The notes beneath the pieces are model-generated. The model was not told the DNA's origin, made no database searches, and worked only from the letters and a program-made list of their open reading frames with translations. The position numbers and the translations under genes are program-made. Shown piece by piece: positions 9,282-18,629 of a DNA stretch of 64,000 bases (position 1 is its first letter; every line of letters starts with the position of its first letter). The stretch comes from Solirubrobacterales bacterium (GTDB lineage: Bacteria > Actinomycetota > Thermoleophilia > Solirubrobacterales > 70-9), in the NCBI GenBank assembly GCA_036265675.1, contig DATAOP010000062.1, forward strand, positions 39,560-103,559, read 5' to 3'.

Positions 9282-10309
9282 AGGGGGCGAAGCAGGGAGG
9301 AGCGCCCGGCCTTCCACGCGTCCAGCAACCTCTGTCCGAAGCGGCCTTCGAGCAGTAGCAGGGCGCGGGCGCCGAAGAGGATGTCCGGCGCCAGTCCGGG
9401 CTCTTCGCGGGCGAGCCCTCCGGCGAGGTCGTGGGCGGCGATGTTCTCGTGGACGGCGTCGGCCTCGACGTGCTCGTCGTAGAAGTCGGTCGCCTCCTCG
9501 TCGAGGCCGAGCCGTCGGAGCGCGTTGCCGTAGCGGCGGTTCGGCAGCGATGAGGTCATCTCGAACATCGCCAGGTGGCCGACGATCGCCCCGCGCCGCG
9601 CGCGACTGAGGCCGCAGGCGGACATCAGGTTGACGGTCGCCAGGGTGGTTCCCGGGACCCGATCCAGGTACGCGTTCTCGCGATCGTCGAGCCCGAGCGC
9701 CCGCATCGTCTTCGCGAAGAGGACCGAGTGCATGCGCTCCGGTCGCCCGCCGCCGTACTCGTCTTGCTGCACCTCCATCAGCGCGGTCTTCGGCGGCCCG
9801 GTCAGGCGCGGGATCGCCCAGCTGTGCGGGTCAGACTCCTTCAGCTGGTAGAGGGAGCGGTGGACGACGAACTCTCGGAATTCCTCGAGCCCGGCTTCGA
9901 CCTCGAGATATCGCGAGAGCGAGACCCCCTCGTCCTCCGCCTCGAGACGGAAGAGGGTCTCCCCGACCCGCAGCGGGTCGACCGAGTCGCTCTCCTCGAT
10001 CTCCTCCTCGAGGCCGCCCAGGAACGCCCGCTCGAGCCGCCCGCGGAAGGCGATCAGCTCCGGGCTCCACTCCCAGCCGGGGTCGATCCCGGGGAAGGAG
10101 CGGTAGTGGAGCTCGTAGCAGAGGTAGAGGGCGAGGTGAAGGTCATCGTCCCCGAGCGGGTCCTCGACGCCGGCGAGGAGTGCGGCCATCTCATCGGCCC
10201 CGGCCGCCGGGCCCGCCGCCGGGGATCCGGCCAGCATCTCGGCCACCCGTTCGGAGATGGGACCGGATGTGGGGAGGGCTATCCTCGCCTTTTCCTCGAC
10301 GATCGTCAC
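9278..10309 (-). CDS. Iron-containing redox enzyme family protein (heme-oxygenase-like fold)
   Basis: LYLCYELHYRSF...FREFVVHRSLYQLKESDPHSWAIPRL...EVQQDEYGGG...HLAMFEMTS...EHVEADAVHE. The start is taken at GTG 10309. Only the last third of track ORF 9278..11119 is coding. Confidence 0.75.
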   Translation of the reverse strand: MTIVEEKARIALPTSGPISERVAEMLAGSPAAGPAAGADEMAALLAGVEDPLGDDDLHLALYLCYELHYRSFPGIDPGWEWSPELIAFRGRLERAFLGGLEEEIEESDSVDPLRVGETLFRLEAEDEGVSLSRYLEVEAGLEEFREFVVHRSLYQLKESDPHSWAIPRLTGPPKTALMEVQQDEYGGGRPERMHSVLFAKTMRALGLDDRENAYLDRVPGTTLATVNLMSACGLSRARRGAIVGHLAMFEMTSSLPNRRYGNALRRLGLDEEATDFYDEHVEADAVHENIAAHDLAGGLAREEPGLAPDILFGARALLLLEGRFGQRLLDAWKAGRSSLLRPL

Positions 10310-10372
10310 GCAATCCGAGTTCCCCGGGTCGAGGTGCGACAAACCGCCGTCGTGGGTACCAAGCGATCCCAG

Positions 10373-11392
10373 ATGAAGCCGCCGAGTCCGCGGAAGCGGC
10401 TCAGACGATCGGACTGTTCGGGACCGGGGATCAGCCGCCGCCGTCGCGGCAGCGGCTTCGGCTACGTCGACCCCGAAGGGGGCCGCGTCACCGACGAGGA
10501 CACCATGGAGCGGATCCGCGGGCTGGCGATCCCGCCCGCATGGCGAGAGGTCTGGATCTGCAGCGATCCGCTGGGCCACATTCAGGCCACCGGTTTCGAC
10601 GAAGCCGGCCGCAAGCAGTACCTCTACCACGAGCGCTGGCAGCTGCGGGCGGCGCAGCGCAAGTTCGACTCGATGCGGGAGTTCGCCGCGACGCTGCCGA
10701 AGCTGCGGCGAGCGGTGAAGAGGGACCTGGCGCTCGACGGGATGCCGCGTGAGCGGGCGTTGGCCTGCGCGATCCGACTGCTCGACCTGGGCTTCTTCCG
10801 GATCGGAGGCGAGGAGTACGCCGAGGAAAACGAGAGCTACGGCGTGGCGACGGTCCTGCGTGAGCACGTTTCGATACAGGAGGAAGAGGTCGTCTTCGAC
10901 TTCCCGGCGAAGAGCGGGCAGCGCCGCATCCAGTCGATCCGCGACCCCGCGGTCAGGGAGGCGATCGAAGCGATGCGGCGCCGGCGCAGCGGTCCCGAGG
11001 ACCTGCTGGTGTTCCGGGCGAACGGCGCGTGGCGCGACGTCCGCTCCGACGAAGTCAACGAGTACCTCCAGGAGAAGGCCGGCGAGGAGTTCTCGGCCAA
11101 GGACTTTCGCACCTGGCACGGGACGGTGCTGGCGGCGGTCGAGCTCGCGAGGGAGGGTGCGCCGTCATCCAAGGGTGGGGCGGAGGGCAAGATCCGGGCG
11201 GCGATCAAACGGGTGGCCGAGCGGCTCGGGAACACGCCGGCTGTTTGTCGCAGCTCCTACATCGACCCACAGGTGCTCGATTGTTTCCGCGACGGCACGA
11301 CGATCGAGCTGCCGCGAGCCGCCTCCGACGGCCGCATCACTCCCCGCGCGCAACGGCAGATCGAGCGTCGCGTCCTCGACCTGATCGACTAG
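10373..11392 (+). CDS. DNA topoisomerase IB
   Basis: GFGYVDPEG...IPPAWREVWIC...GHIQATGFDEAGRKQYLYH...AKDFRTWHGT...TPAVCRSSYIDP is the poxvirus-type TopIB catalytic-domain pattern, including the SSY active-site Tyr. Confidence 0.9.
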   Translation: MKPPSPRKRLRRSDCSGPGISRRRRGSGFGYVDPEGGRVTDEDTMERIRGLAIPPAWREVWICSDPLGHIQATGFDEAGRKQYLYHERWQLRAAQRKFDSMREFAATLPKLRRAVKRDLALDGMPRERALACAIRLLDLGFFRIGGEEYAEENESYGVATVLREHVSIQEEEVVFDFPAKSGQRRIQSIRDPAVREAIEAMRRRRSGPEDLLVFRANGAWRDVRSDEVNEYLQEKAGEEFSAKDFRTWHGTVLAAVELAREGAPSSKGGAEGKIRAAIKRVAERLGNTPAVCRSSYIDPQVLDCFRDGTTIELPRAASDGRITPRAQRQIERRVLDLID

Positions 11393-11398
11393 GAGCGG

Positions 11399-11884
11399 CT
11401 ACGGCGGCAGGAGGTGGCGGACGGAGGCGCCCACTTCACGCTCGAGGTGCTCGGCGATCAGCGAGCGATGGCAGGCCGCGGCGTCGCGCTCGACGCAGAG
11501 CAGAGCCGGGTGCCGCTGAAACGTCAGTTCGTCGAGCGGAGTGAGATCGGCCGGGTCGAGGATCTGCTCGTTGTAGAGGCGGCGGTAGATGGGCGCAAGG
11601 ACAGTGCGTGAGCGTTTGCCCTCGCCCCGGCGTTCGTCCTCGCGGTACTGCGCTTCGCGCATCTCGGTGGTGGGCGCGAGCTCCTTCATGTGCACGTAGT
11701 CGACGCCCGCCTCGGCCAGCGCCGCCTGCAGCCGCTTCGCGTTCGCCCAGGCGTACTCGCTGCCTCGCACGCCGCGCCGCTGCCTGACGTCGACGACGAC
11801 GTCGATCCCGGCGTCCCGCAACGTCTCGAGAAAGCTCTTTCGGTCGAACTCGTAGACGCCGATCGTCGCGATCGTTGCCGCCAT
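11399..11884 (-). CDS. DUF488 domain protein
   Basis: TIGVYEFDRKSFLETLRDAGIDVVVDVRQRRG...ALLCVERDAAACHRSLIA is the DUF488 signature; 161 aa. Confidence 0.85.
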   Translation of the reverse strand: MAATIATIGVYEFDRKSFLETLRDAGIDVVVDVRQRRGVRGSEYAWANAKRLQAALAEAGVDYVHMKELAPTTEMREAQYREDERRGEGKRSRTVLAPIYRRLYNEQILDPADLTPLDELTFQRHPALLCVERDAAACHRSLIAEHLEREVGASVRHLLPP

Positions 11885-11926
11885 CTATGTCACCTGCCTG
11901 GCTTCAGATACGACGCCCGAGTGTCG

Positions 11927-12283
11927 ATGCTGCGATCGCATGCACCTCTTGCCGCGCTCTCTCACATTCTTCTATGGGTTACCGCAGGGTTTTGGCTTCT
12001 TAACGTCGGGCTGGGCCACATTTCTGGCAGAGATGCGGAGCCGACGGAGGCGAGGCGCAGAGCGATTGCCGCCTCCCGGCTGCGGACGAAGGGCCACCTC
12101 TGGCTGCTCGGGGCACTGATTTCCCTGTTGGTCGTGTTTGCCCTTCTCGCTCGTCCTGAGCGTCCGGCATTCGGGCACGGCCTGACCGTTTTGATCGTCG
12201 GCTTCACCGGAGCCATGGCTTTCTGCGCCAGCCGCATGGTCAAGGCCTATCGCGATGCCGGGCGCGCCCGTCACCAGGGTTGA
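11927..12283 (+). CDS. Small hypothetical membrane protein
   Basis: The ATG-initiated part of track ORF 11690..12283 has three predicted TM segments (ILLWVTAGFWLLNVGL, LWLLGALISLLVVFALL, LTVLIVGFTGAMAFC). No recognisable family. Confidence 0.4.
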   Translation: MLRSHAPLAALSHILLWVTAGFWLLNVGLGHISGRDAEPTEARRRAIAASRLRTKGHLWLLGALISLLVVFALLARPERPAFGHGLTVLIVGFTGAMAFCASRMVKAYRDAGRARHQG

Positions 12284-12302
12284 GCCGGGCGACTGCGGGT
12301 AG
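12278..12302 (+). promoter_or_regulatory. Candidate SigF/SigB-class promoter GGTT-N15-GGGTAG
   Basis: GGTTGAGCCGGGCGACTGCGGGTAG lies 33 nt upstream of the DUF892 gene ATG at 12335, which has an AAGGAG Shine-Dalgarno. Confidence 0.5.
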
Positions 12303-12334
12303 TCGCAGGGTTCCCGACCAAGGAGTGAGCAGAG

Positions 12335-12910
12335 ATGGCTGACGTCAATGAGCGCGATGCGAAGCTCATCCAGTACCTCGGAGAGGCATACGGCAAGGAG
12401 CGCGAACTCGAGACCGCGCTCAACGCCCACATCACGATGACGACGAGGCCGGCCTACAAGAAACGGCTGAAAGAGCATCTGCGTGAGACGAAACGCCATG
12501 CGAAAGAGGTCGAGCGCCGGATCAAGAAGCTGGGCGGCGGCGGCCAATCGACCCAGACCCTGCTCGGCAAGGCGATGGCCGCGGCGAAGGGCCCGATGCA
12601 CATGGTTCGCGGCGGCAGCGAGCAGGAGAAAATGCTGAAGAACGCCAAGACGGAGTACTTCAACGAGCACGAGGAGATCGCGACCTACACGGCGATCGAG
12701 ACCCTCGCCGAGAAGGTCGGCGATCGCGAGACCGCGAAACTCGCCCGCCAGATCCGTCGCGACGAGGAGCGGATGGCGCGCTTCCTCGAGGGCCAGATCA
12801 AGGTCCTGACCGCCGCCGTCGTCCAGGAAGAGATCCCCGCCTCCCAGCGCCGCTCGAACGGACGCGCCCGATCGCGCTCGAGAAGCCCCGCCGGCGCCCG
12901 CAGTAAGTAG
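12335..12910 (+). CDS. Ferritin-like DUF892 (YciE/YciF-type) protein with basic tail
   Basis: LIQYLGEAYGKERELETALNAH...EYFNEHEEIATYTAIETLA is the same pattern as the 3339 gene; 191 aa. Confidence 0.85.
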   Translation: MADVNERDAKLIQYLGEAYGKERELETALNAHITMTTRPAYKKRLKEHLRETKRHAKEVERRIKKLGGGGQSTQTLLGKAMAAAKGPMHMVRGGSEQEKMLKNAKTEYFNEHEEIATYTAIETLAEKVGDRETAKLARQIRRDEERMARFLEGQIKVLTAAVVQEEIPASQRRSNGRARSRSRSPAGARSK

Positions 12911-12926
12911 AGACGCTGAAAGCCGG

Positions 12927-15900
12927 TCAGGCGATCGCCCGGTCGGGATCCTCGATCGCTGCGCTGACCCGGCGCTCCAGCGTGCGGCATCCGAACTCGC
13001 CGGCGGCGTCGAGCGCCTTCGCCAGGAGCGACTCGGCGCTCTCGCGATCGCCGGGCGAATTCCGGCGCAGCAGCATCAGCGCCCACTCGTGGCGGGTGCG
13101 GGCGAGCCAGCTCGGGGCCTCGATCCGTTCGCAGGTGGCGGCCGAGCGGCGGAAGTGCTCCTCGGCCTCCTCATAGCGCCCGGCGCAGGTCGCGGTCAGG
13201 CCGAGGTACCGCTCGATCGTGCCGAACAGGGTGACGCCGCTGTAGCAGAGCTGGTCGCGGAACGGGAGCAGCTTCTCGTGGAGCAGCGCGCACGAGTCGC
13301 GGTCGCCGAGCCTCGCCGCGACCTCGGCGATGAAGCACAGCGCGGGCCGTGAGGAGAGCGTCGCCGTCATCGCGAACTTCTTCGCCGCAAGACGCTCGAG
13401 CACGACCCGGGCCTGGTCCGAATCCTCGAGCTCGATGTAGCTGAGGGCGAGCGCGCTCAGATAGGCGTCGAGCAGTGGCGCTTCCGCGACGGCCTGCTCC
13501 TGGATCTCGAGCACCTCGTCGAGGCGGCCCTGCTCATAGCGGATCACGTGGATCTGGGCGGCGTAGATCGCCAGCACGTCGGGCTGGCCCGACTCCGATC
13601 CGAGCTCGGCCGAGCGGTTCGTGATCTCCTCGGCCCGCTCGAAGTCGCCGGCCAGGGTCGCGAGCAGCGCCGGGGCGAAGGTGTTGACCCAGTGAAACAT
13701 CGGCTGTCCGGTCGCCTCGGCGATCTCCTCCTGCACGACCCGGTGGCGCCCCTGGGTCTCGAGGTCGCCGAGTTCGAGCGCGTCCATCGCCCGCCAGACG
13801 TGGGCCCAGTAGCGCAGCATCGTGTCGTCGAGGTCGTCGGCGAGGGCGACCATCTCGTCCGCCTCGGCGAGGCGCTCCTCGAGGGTCTCGGCCGCGGCGA
13901 TCGCGATCTGGCGCCGCGCGAGGGCCCAGGCGAGGGCGTGGCGATCGCCGCTCTCCCGTGCCAACCGCACCGCGTCGGCGCTGAGGCTCATCCTCCGATC
14001 GAGGTCGGCGTCGTAGCTGAGCTCGACCGCCAGCAGTGAGAGCAGCGCCGCCCGCGAGCGATCCTCTTCGCACAGCTCGAGGGCTCCCTCGAGGGCCTCG
14101 ACCCGGCGCTCGTCAACCTGGCCGACGACGCTGGTGAAGCCGCGGGTGTTGGCCTGGGCGGCGCGGGCCATCCGCGGGCCGTCCGAGTGCTCACTGGCGA
14201 GTTCGCAGGCTTCGAGCAGGGTCTCGCTGTACTCGGGGTCGCCGAGCTGGCGCTGGGCGTCGCCGAGCCCGATCACCGCGTCGCAGCGCAGGCCGGGGTC
14301 GGCCTCGGGGGTCTGGTCGAGGACTTCGATCGCGCGCTGGAACCAGTCGAGCGCCTCGGCCGGGGCCAGCGCCTCCAGCGCTCGCTCGCCGGCGCGGATC
14401 GAGTGCTCGGCCGCCTTCAGCGGCATCTGCGGGGTCGTCGTCCGCAGCCAGTGCCAGGCGAGCTCCTCGGAACGCGCGCCGAGCTCGGCGCCGCACAGCT
14501 CTTCCAGCGACTCGGCGATCCGGCGGTGGATCTGGGCTCGCCGGGTCGCGCCGAGCTCCTCGTAGAGGGTGTTGTTGACGAGCGAGTGGGCGAAGATGAA
14601 CCGCCCCGGCGATCGCCCCTCCAGCAGGAGCGCCCCCTTGACGGCGCCGTCGAGGCGGTCCAGCACCTCGTCCTGGCCCTCGCCGGCGGCGTGGGCGAGC
14701 AGCTCGAGGTCGAAGTCGCGGCCGATGACGGCGGCGGTCGAGAGGAGGGAGGCGGTCTCGGTCCCGAGTCGCTCCGCCCGGCTGGTCACCACCTCGCGGA
14801 TGCTCTGCGGCAGGTCCTCGCTCCCGAGCGAGCCTCCTTCATCGAGGTGGCGCAGGATCTCGCCGACGAAGAAGGGGTTACCGTCGGTCTCGCTGCTGAT
14901 CTCATCGGCGAGCTCGGATCGACCATCGGCGGAGGAGGCGCCGAGAACCGACTCCATCAGCGCGCCGACGTCGTCCGCCTCGAGGCCGGTCAGTCCGATC
15001 CGCCGCACTCCCTCCTCGCGGCGGAGGTCGCCGAGGACCTGGTTCAGCGGGTGGCCGCGGGTCAGTTCCGAGTCGCGATGGGTGCCTAGAACGAGCAGCT
15101 CGCAATCGGCGGTCGAGGAGACGAGGTGCTTGAGCAGCGCCAGGCTCTGGGAGTCCGCCCACTGGACGTCGTCGAGGATGACGACCACCGGCTGTTCGCG
15201 GGTCGCCTCGACGAACATCCCGATCGCGGCCGCGCGGAGCATGTAGCGCACGGTCTCGGCGTCGGTGCTCTTCGGCGCCGGGACGTCGGGAATCCGGTCG
15301 GCGAGGCCGGGGACGACCCTCAGCAGCTCGCCGCCATGGCGCTCGACGTGGCGCTCGATCACCGGTCGCGGCGCGTGCTCGACGTAGTGAGAGAGGGCTT
15401 CGGTCCACGGCCGGTGGGGAGGGTCGACGTCCTCGGTGCTGCGGCCGAACAGGGCGGCGGCGCCGCGCGAGTGCATGTCGAGCGCCGCCTGGGCGGCGAG
15501 GCGGGACTTGCCGATCCCCGGCTCGCCGGAGATCAGCGCCACCTGGCGGTGGCCGCCTTCCGCGGCGGCCGCGATGTCCGCCAGCTCGGCCCGCTCGTCG
15601 AGGCGGCCGACGAACCCGATCGACGGCGCCCGGCTGAGGCGGGGCGGCAATGGGATCCCGCTCGCGTCGTCCCCCGACGTTCGCGCCAGCCGGAACGCCT
15701 TCACCGGCTCCGCCATGCCCTTCAGATCGAGCTCGCCGACCTCCTCGAGGGTGTGGTCTCCCGATATCGCCATCACCCGGACGAGGTCGGAGAGGAGGAC
15801 CTCGTCGCCATCGGCGGCCGCGCACAGGCGCGCCGCCTCGATCACCGGGTGGCCGAAGTAGTCGTCCTCGCGCCGGGTCGCCTCGCCGAGGCTGATCCCG

Positions 15901-16184
15901 ATCCGGACCGAAAGCGGCTCCTCGGCGCGGCGGTTGCGGCGGGCGATCTTGCGCTGCATCGCGGCCGCGCAGGCGAGCGCGGCCGAGGCGCTGCCGAAGG
16001 TCACCATCAGACCGTCGCCGAGGTTCTTCACCTCCTCGCCGCCGGTCTCGCCGATCGCCTCGCGGAGGAGGCCGAAGTGCTCGAGCCGAACCTCCTCGGC
16101 GGCGGCGGGACCTATTCGCAGCGTCATCTCGGTGCTACCGACCAGGTCGGTGAACAACACCGTCACCGTCTCTACGGGGTCCAT
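12927..16184 (-). CDS. Class III adenylate/guanylate cyclase fused to an AAA/STAND-type ATPase and TPR-like repeats
   Basis: VTVLFTDLVGSTEM...KNLGDGLMVTF...RIGISLGEA is the cyclase domain. GEPGIGKSRL is a Walker A motif. A long helical repeat region forms the C-terminus; 1085 aa. Confidence 0.9.
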   Translation of the reverse strand: MDPVETVTVLFTDLVGSTEMTLRIGPAAAEEVRLEHFGLLREAIGETGGEEVKNLGDGLMVTFGSASAALACAAAMQRKIARRNRRAEEPLSVRIGISLGEATRREDDYFGHPVIEAARLCAAADGDEVLLSDLVRVMAISGDHTLEEVGELDLKGMAEPVKAFRLARTSGDDASGIPLPPRLSRAPSIGFVGRLDERAELADIAAAAEGGHRQVALISGEPGIGKSRLAAQAALDMHSRGAAALFGRSTEDVDPPHRPWTEALSHYVEHAPRPVIERHVERHGGELLRVVPGLADRIPDVPAPKSTDAETVRYMLRAAAIGMFVEATREQPVVVILDDVQWADSQSLALLKHLVSSTADCELLVLGTHRDSELTRGHPLNQVLGDLRREEGVRRIGLTGLEADDVGALMESVLGASSADGRSELADEISSETDGNPFFVGEILRHLDEGGSLGSEDLPQSIREVVTSRAERLGTETASLLSTAAVIGRDFDLELLAHAAGEGQDEVLDRLDGAVKGALLLEGRSPGRFIFAHSLVNNTLYEELGATRRAQIHRRIAESLEELCGAELGARSEELAWHWLRTTTPQMPLKAAEHSIRAGERALEALAPAEALDWFQRAIEVLDQTPEADPGLRCDAVIGLGDAQRQLGDPEYSETLLEACELASEHSDGPRMARAAQANTRGFTSVVGQVDERRVEALEGALELCEEDRSRAALLSLLAVELSYDADLDRRMSLSADAVRLARESGDRHALAWALARRQIAIAAAETLEERLAEADEMVALADDLDDTMLRYWAHVWRAMDALELGDLETQGRHRVVQEEIAEATGQPMFHWVNTFAPALLATLAGDFERAEEITNRSAELGSESGQPDVLAIYAAQIHVIRYEQGRLDEVLEIQEQAVAEAPLLDAYLSALALSYIELEDSDQARVVLERLAAKKFAMTATLSSRPALCFIAEVAARLGDRDSCALLHEKLLPFRDQLCYSGVTLFGTIERYLGLTATCAGRYEEAEEHFRRSAATCERIEAPSWLARTRHEWALMLLRRNSPGDRESAESLLAKALDAAGEFGCRTLERRVSAAIEDPDRAIA

Positions 16185-16233
16185 CCGTCCAGTCGCAAGC
16201 TAGCACCAGTTCAGCGGTTAGGGTGGGAAGGAC

Positions 16234-17736
16234 GTGAGGGAGAAGCTTGGCTGCTACTCCGGCCTCTACTCTTCTGAGGCAGAGGTGCGCACACCCACCG
16301 ACGTGGACGAGCTGCGTGCCATATTCGCCGAGGCTCGCGACGCCGGGCGGCGGGTGACCTTCCGCGCCGCGGGTCATTCCTTCGACGGCCAGTCGCTCGG
16401 CGGGGACCTCGTCGTCTCGATGCTCGGCATGGACTCGATCGAGGTGCTCGACGATGGACGGATGAAGGTCGGGCCCGGCGCGACCTGGGGAGCGATCCTC
16501 GCGGCTCTGAAGCCGCTCGGGCTGGTCCCGGCCGTCACGGTGACGACCGAACATGCGACGGCCGGCGGCACCCTCTCGGGCGATTGCCTCTCGCGCTTCT
16601 CGCCCTCGTTCGGGAAAGAAGGGGAGTGGATCGACAGCTTCGACCTCCTCACCGTCGGCGGCGAGCTGATCACCTGCACGGCCCCGGGGAAGGACGAGCT
16701 GCCCTCGACCCGCGAGGAGCGCGCGTTCTGCGGCGCGATCGGCGGCCTCGGCTACCTCGGCGCAGTCGTCTCGATCACCTACCGGGTGATGGAGGCGCCG
16801 GGCCGGGGAGACGAGCTGGCTGTGCGGACTATCGTCCGCAAGTACGACACCTTCCGCGACCTCGCCGCCGACCTCGTCCCGGCCACCGAACAGGCCTATC
16901 TCGAGGAGTCCGACCCTTCGGACCCGGAGAAGCTCGACGCGATCTGGTCGGCCCTCGACACCCGCGGCGACGGGACCAAGTCGGCGCTGTTCTTCACCTC
17001 CGCGTTCGCCTCGACCCGGACCCGGCGGCGGATGGCGCTGCACCGGCCGAAGCTGCTGCTGCGGGTGCTGGTCGAGTGGCTGATGCGGGTGCCGTTCATC
17101 TCGAAGCTGATGTGGCGCTTCTACGTCCGGTTTCTGTTCAAGGACGGCGACGAGTACCTCGACGACCTCGAGGGCTTCAGCTTCTTCATGGACGGGAACG
17201 CGCGGGCGAAGCGGATCGGGAAAAAGCTCGGCTTCAAGATGCAGAACGCCCAGCAGACCTTCGTCGTGCCGAGCGAGCCGGGGACCGAGGGCGGCTGGGA
17301 CCGGGCCGCCGATGACCTCGTCGAGTGGCTCGAGTTCGCGCACGAGTACCTGCTGGCGCGCGACCTCACCCCGACCCTGAACGACGTCCTCTTCGTCCCC
17401 CGCGACCGCCCGTTCCTGCTCTCGGCGAGCAACAACAAACCGGGCTTCGCGGTCAGCTACGCGTTCGAGACGTCGGACCAGGACCGGCTCGCGCGGGCGA
17501 AACAGGCCTTCGACGAGCTCGCCGACGTGCTTTGGGACAAATTCCAGGGCCGCGTCTACCTGGTGAAGAACGTGTTCGCCAAACCGCAGACGCTGGCGGC
17601 GATGTACGGCGACGCGGCGGTCGAGTTCTTCCAGCTCAAGAGCGAGCTCGACCCCCAGATGCTGCTCCGCGACGAGTTCCTCGAGCGGACCTTTCCCGCG
17701 CTGCTCGACTCAGGTGGTCTTGACGACCAGGACTGA
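16234..17736 (+). CDS. FAD-binding (PCMH-type) oxidoreductase
   Basis: RVTFRAAGHSFDGQSL...GPGATWGAILAAL...TVGGTLSGDCLSRFS is an FAD_binding_4-like N-domain; 500 aa, GTG start. Confidence 0.8.
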   Translation: MREKLGCYSGLYSSEAEVRTPTDVDELRAIFAEARDAGRRVTFRAAGHSFDGQSLGGDLVVSMLGMDSIEVLDDGRMKVGPGATWGAILAALKPLGLVPAVTVTTEHATAGGTLSGDCLSRFSPSFGKEGEWIDSFDLLTVGGELITCTAPGKDELPSTREERAFCGAIGGLGYLGAVVSITYRVMEAPGRGDELAVRTIVRKYDTFRDLAADLVPATEQAYLEESDPSDPEKLDAIWSALDTRGDGTKSALFFTSAFASTRTRRRMALHRPKLLLRVLVEWLMRVPFISKLMWRFYVRFLFKDGDEYLDDLEGFSFFMDGNARAKRIGKKLGFKMQNAQQTFVVPSEPGTEGGWDRAADDLVEWLEFAHEYLLARDLTPTLNDVLFVPRDRPFLLSASNNKPGFAVSYAFETSDQDRLARAKQAFDELADVLWDKFQGRVYLVKNVFAKPQTLAAMYGDAAVEFFQLKSELDPQMLLRDEFLERTFPALLDSGGLDDQD

Positions 17737-18129
17737 GCAGTTCGCCCGGTGCGTGACGGAGTTGGGGACGCTGCCGAGGACCCGGCGCTGCATCCCCTTG
17801 TTGCCGATTACGAGCAGGTCGGCGCCGCACTCCTCGGCCAGGTCGACCAGGACCTTGGCGGGGTCGCCGGGGGCGGCCCTCGTCTCGGTCTTGATCCCTT
17901 CAAGGTTCAGATCCTCCTCGAGGCGCTCGAGGATCGACCTCACCCGCGCTGCCGGGTTCGAGGCCCACTGGAGCTCGACGTCGTCGCCATCCGAGCCCCG
18001 CGACGAGTCGTCGAATGCGCTGAGCAGATAGAGCCTGGCCCCGAACTGCCGCGCGATCCCAGCGGCCTGCTTGACCGCCTCGTTCGCAGTTGCGGTCCCG
18101 TCCGTCCCGACGGCGATCGTGGAAATCAT
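17710..18129 (-). CDS. Universal stress protein
   Basis: IAVGTDGTATANEAV...DLLVIGNKGMQRRVLGSVPNSVTHRANCSVLVV is the canonical UspA C-terminal motif. Confidence 0.9.
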   Translation of the reverse strand: MISTIAVGTDGTATANEAVKQAAGIARQFGARLYLLSAFDDSSRGSDGDDVELQWASNPAARVRSILERLEEDLNLEGIKTETRAAPGDPAKVLVDLAEECGADLLVIGNKGMQRRVLGSVPNSVTHRANCSVLVVKTT

Positions 18130-18279
18130 CTGGCTCTCCCCTTCGGAAGGGCCAGCCTATCGCGGGAACGGCGATCCTCGTCGGTGGGATCACCATCTTT
18201 CTGCGCCGGCGCGGGTCTCTGGGGTCGAAGCCGCTGGGCGGTCTAAGCTGTCCGTCGCTTGGCTTCCTGAAGCGAATCC

Positions 18280-18350
18280 GGCGCCTTGGCGGAGTGGCTA
18301 CGCAGCGGCCTGCAAAGCCGTTTACACCGGTTCGATTCCGGTAGGCGCCT
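18280..18350 (+). tRNA. tRNA-Cys (GCA)
   Basis: Manual cloverleaf: acceptor GGCGCCT/AGGCGCC, anticodon stem GCGGC/GCCGT, loop CTGCAAA, T-arm ACCGG-TTCGATT-CCGGT, discriminator U73 (a Cys identity element). 71 nt, no encoded CCA. Confidence 0.9.
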
Positions 18351-18629
18351 CTGATTCCAGAGCGGTTTGCGGGTCTCTCGATGGAAAACGGGTCCCGAAT
18401 AGGTCCGAGACCCGTGCTCTAGCCCAGGCTGTCCCTCCAGCTCTGGTCCTGCGTACTACCTCAAGAACCAGATAGAGGTCTCCCATCCAAGGACGACGGC
18501 GAGGCTCGAAGAGGCGCTGACCGATGCGGGACCCTTCAATCGGGCCGATCGCACAGCCCGCTCGATCGAACTGAGTCGACCGTGAGCCTCCCGCGCCCCG
18601 CATCCGGACCAGCGCGGTGGGTGGGCGCG

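Noticed and set aside
18463-18480. AGAACCAGATA, the reverse complement of the junction-repeat core, downstream of tRNA-Cys.
   Set aside because: Only 11 nt match and there are no GAGCGAGC-type flanks. Hundreds of 11-mer matches are expected by chance.
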